From Pristiophorus japonicus (Eukaryota), in NCBI RefSeq assembly GCF_044704955.1, contig NC_091988.1, positions 44,578,001-44,642,000 on the forward strand: DNA of 64,000 nt, given 5' to 3'. A program made the translations under genes and the position numbers. The notes under the pieces are model-generated. The model was not told where the DNA came from, made no database searches, and was given only the letters and a program-made list of their open reading frames with translations. Of this stretch, positions 62,892-64,000 are shown in pieces; positions within the stretch are counted from its first letter, which is position 1; each line of letters opens with the position of its first letter.

Positions 62892-64000
62892 TGTTATGTA
62901 TTGTCCAGGTACATTAAATGTATTAGTACAATAGTGCGCCACAGAGTGTGCTGTGGTGAGAGACCTGAAGGTACCTGCAAGACAGAGTATAAAAGGCTGC
63001 CCACCACACCTAGGAGGCACTCTGGAGTTACACAATAAAGGACTAAGGTCACAGCAGTTACTACAACACCATACTGTGTGGAGTCAGTGATTTGAGTGCT
63101 ACATACACCACATTGGTGACAAGGACACGGACGAACTTCACGCAACCATGGCTACTCTGGGCTCGTTAAAGGAATTTACGGTGGGCAATGATTGGGAGGC
63201 CTTTACGGAAAGGCTCGAGTACTACTTCACAGCAAACGACCTGATGGCGGTCACGGATGCAATGAGAGAGAAGCGTAAGGCGATATTGCTTTCCAGTTGT
63301 GGCGAGGAGGTTTACTCATCGGGGATTTGCTGGCGCCCGCGAGCGCCAGAGACAAGTCATATGAGGAGCTGATCGCATTCATTCATGACCAACTGAAACC
63401 GAAGGAGAGCATCCTCACAGCCAGGCACAAATTCTACCACCACTGCAGACCTGAAGGCCAGGATGTCACCAAAATTGCTGCGGACCTCAGGAGACTCGCG
63501 GCACCGTGTGATTTTGGCACACACCTTGACGAGGCGCTGCGAGACGTTCTTGTTATGGGGATTGGCCATGAGGGGCTCCTTCACAAGCTGCTATCCCATG
63601 AACCTACAGTCACCCTGAAGCAAGCCATCACCATCAGCCGGGCATTTATGACCTCGACTTGCAGCACCAAGCAGATGATCCACAGTCTCGAACCCGGCAG
63701 GCACTGTCCACAGGATAGCGCTCACCATGGACAAAACTGCAGACCACAGCTCTGCCCAGGGCAGAGAGCACGGACCTCGGGGTCCTGGAACTCAGAGTCT
63801 GCCGAGGGGTGCTAATCGAGCAGCACCATGCTGGCGCTGTGGAGGAAGCCATGGGGCTCACCGGTGCAGGTTTGCGGAATACACGTGCAATACCAGCCAC
63901 ACAAAAGGCCACCTTCAGCGAATGTGCAAAAGAAACCTGACTTACCGTGTGGCTGAGGAGATGGCAGAGGGTCCACTTTCCAGCGAGGAGCAGGCAGAAG
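62892..64000 (+). mobile_element. Second copy of the 53152-56235 LTR family (runs off the window)
   Basis: LTR 62892-63112, PBS TGGTGACAAG, gag from 63148 closely matching 55996-55140 in the opposite orientation. Confidence 0.92.

Overview
This is vertebrate genomic DNA. The repeat families and the HRH1 sequence suggest a cartilaginous fish (inference). Most of the window is nested transposable elements: several CR1 LINEs (ZnF/leucine-zipper plus SGNH-esterase ORF1, APE-RT ORF2), L2, RTE and SINE fragments, a deleted retrovirus-like provirus, a two-gene PIF/Harbinger transposon with related MITEs, Mag-type Ty3/Gypsy elements and a TRIM-like element. The one clear host gene is the single-coding-exon histamine H1 receptor HRH1 (minus strand). 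The most interesting signal is a non-autonomous LTR element (53152-56235). Its gag-protease frame runs directly into a captured, intron-less RBM3/CIRBP-like RRM+RGG coding sequence that sits where RT/RNaseH/integrase would be. A second copy of the family starts at 62892 on the other side of HRH1. Other notable signals are CR1 5'UTRs built from TATA-box monomer arrays and a candidate -1 frameshift site at the CR1 ORF1/ORF2 junction. Family names come from motif recognition by eye, not from database searches.
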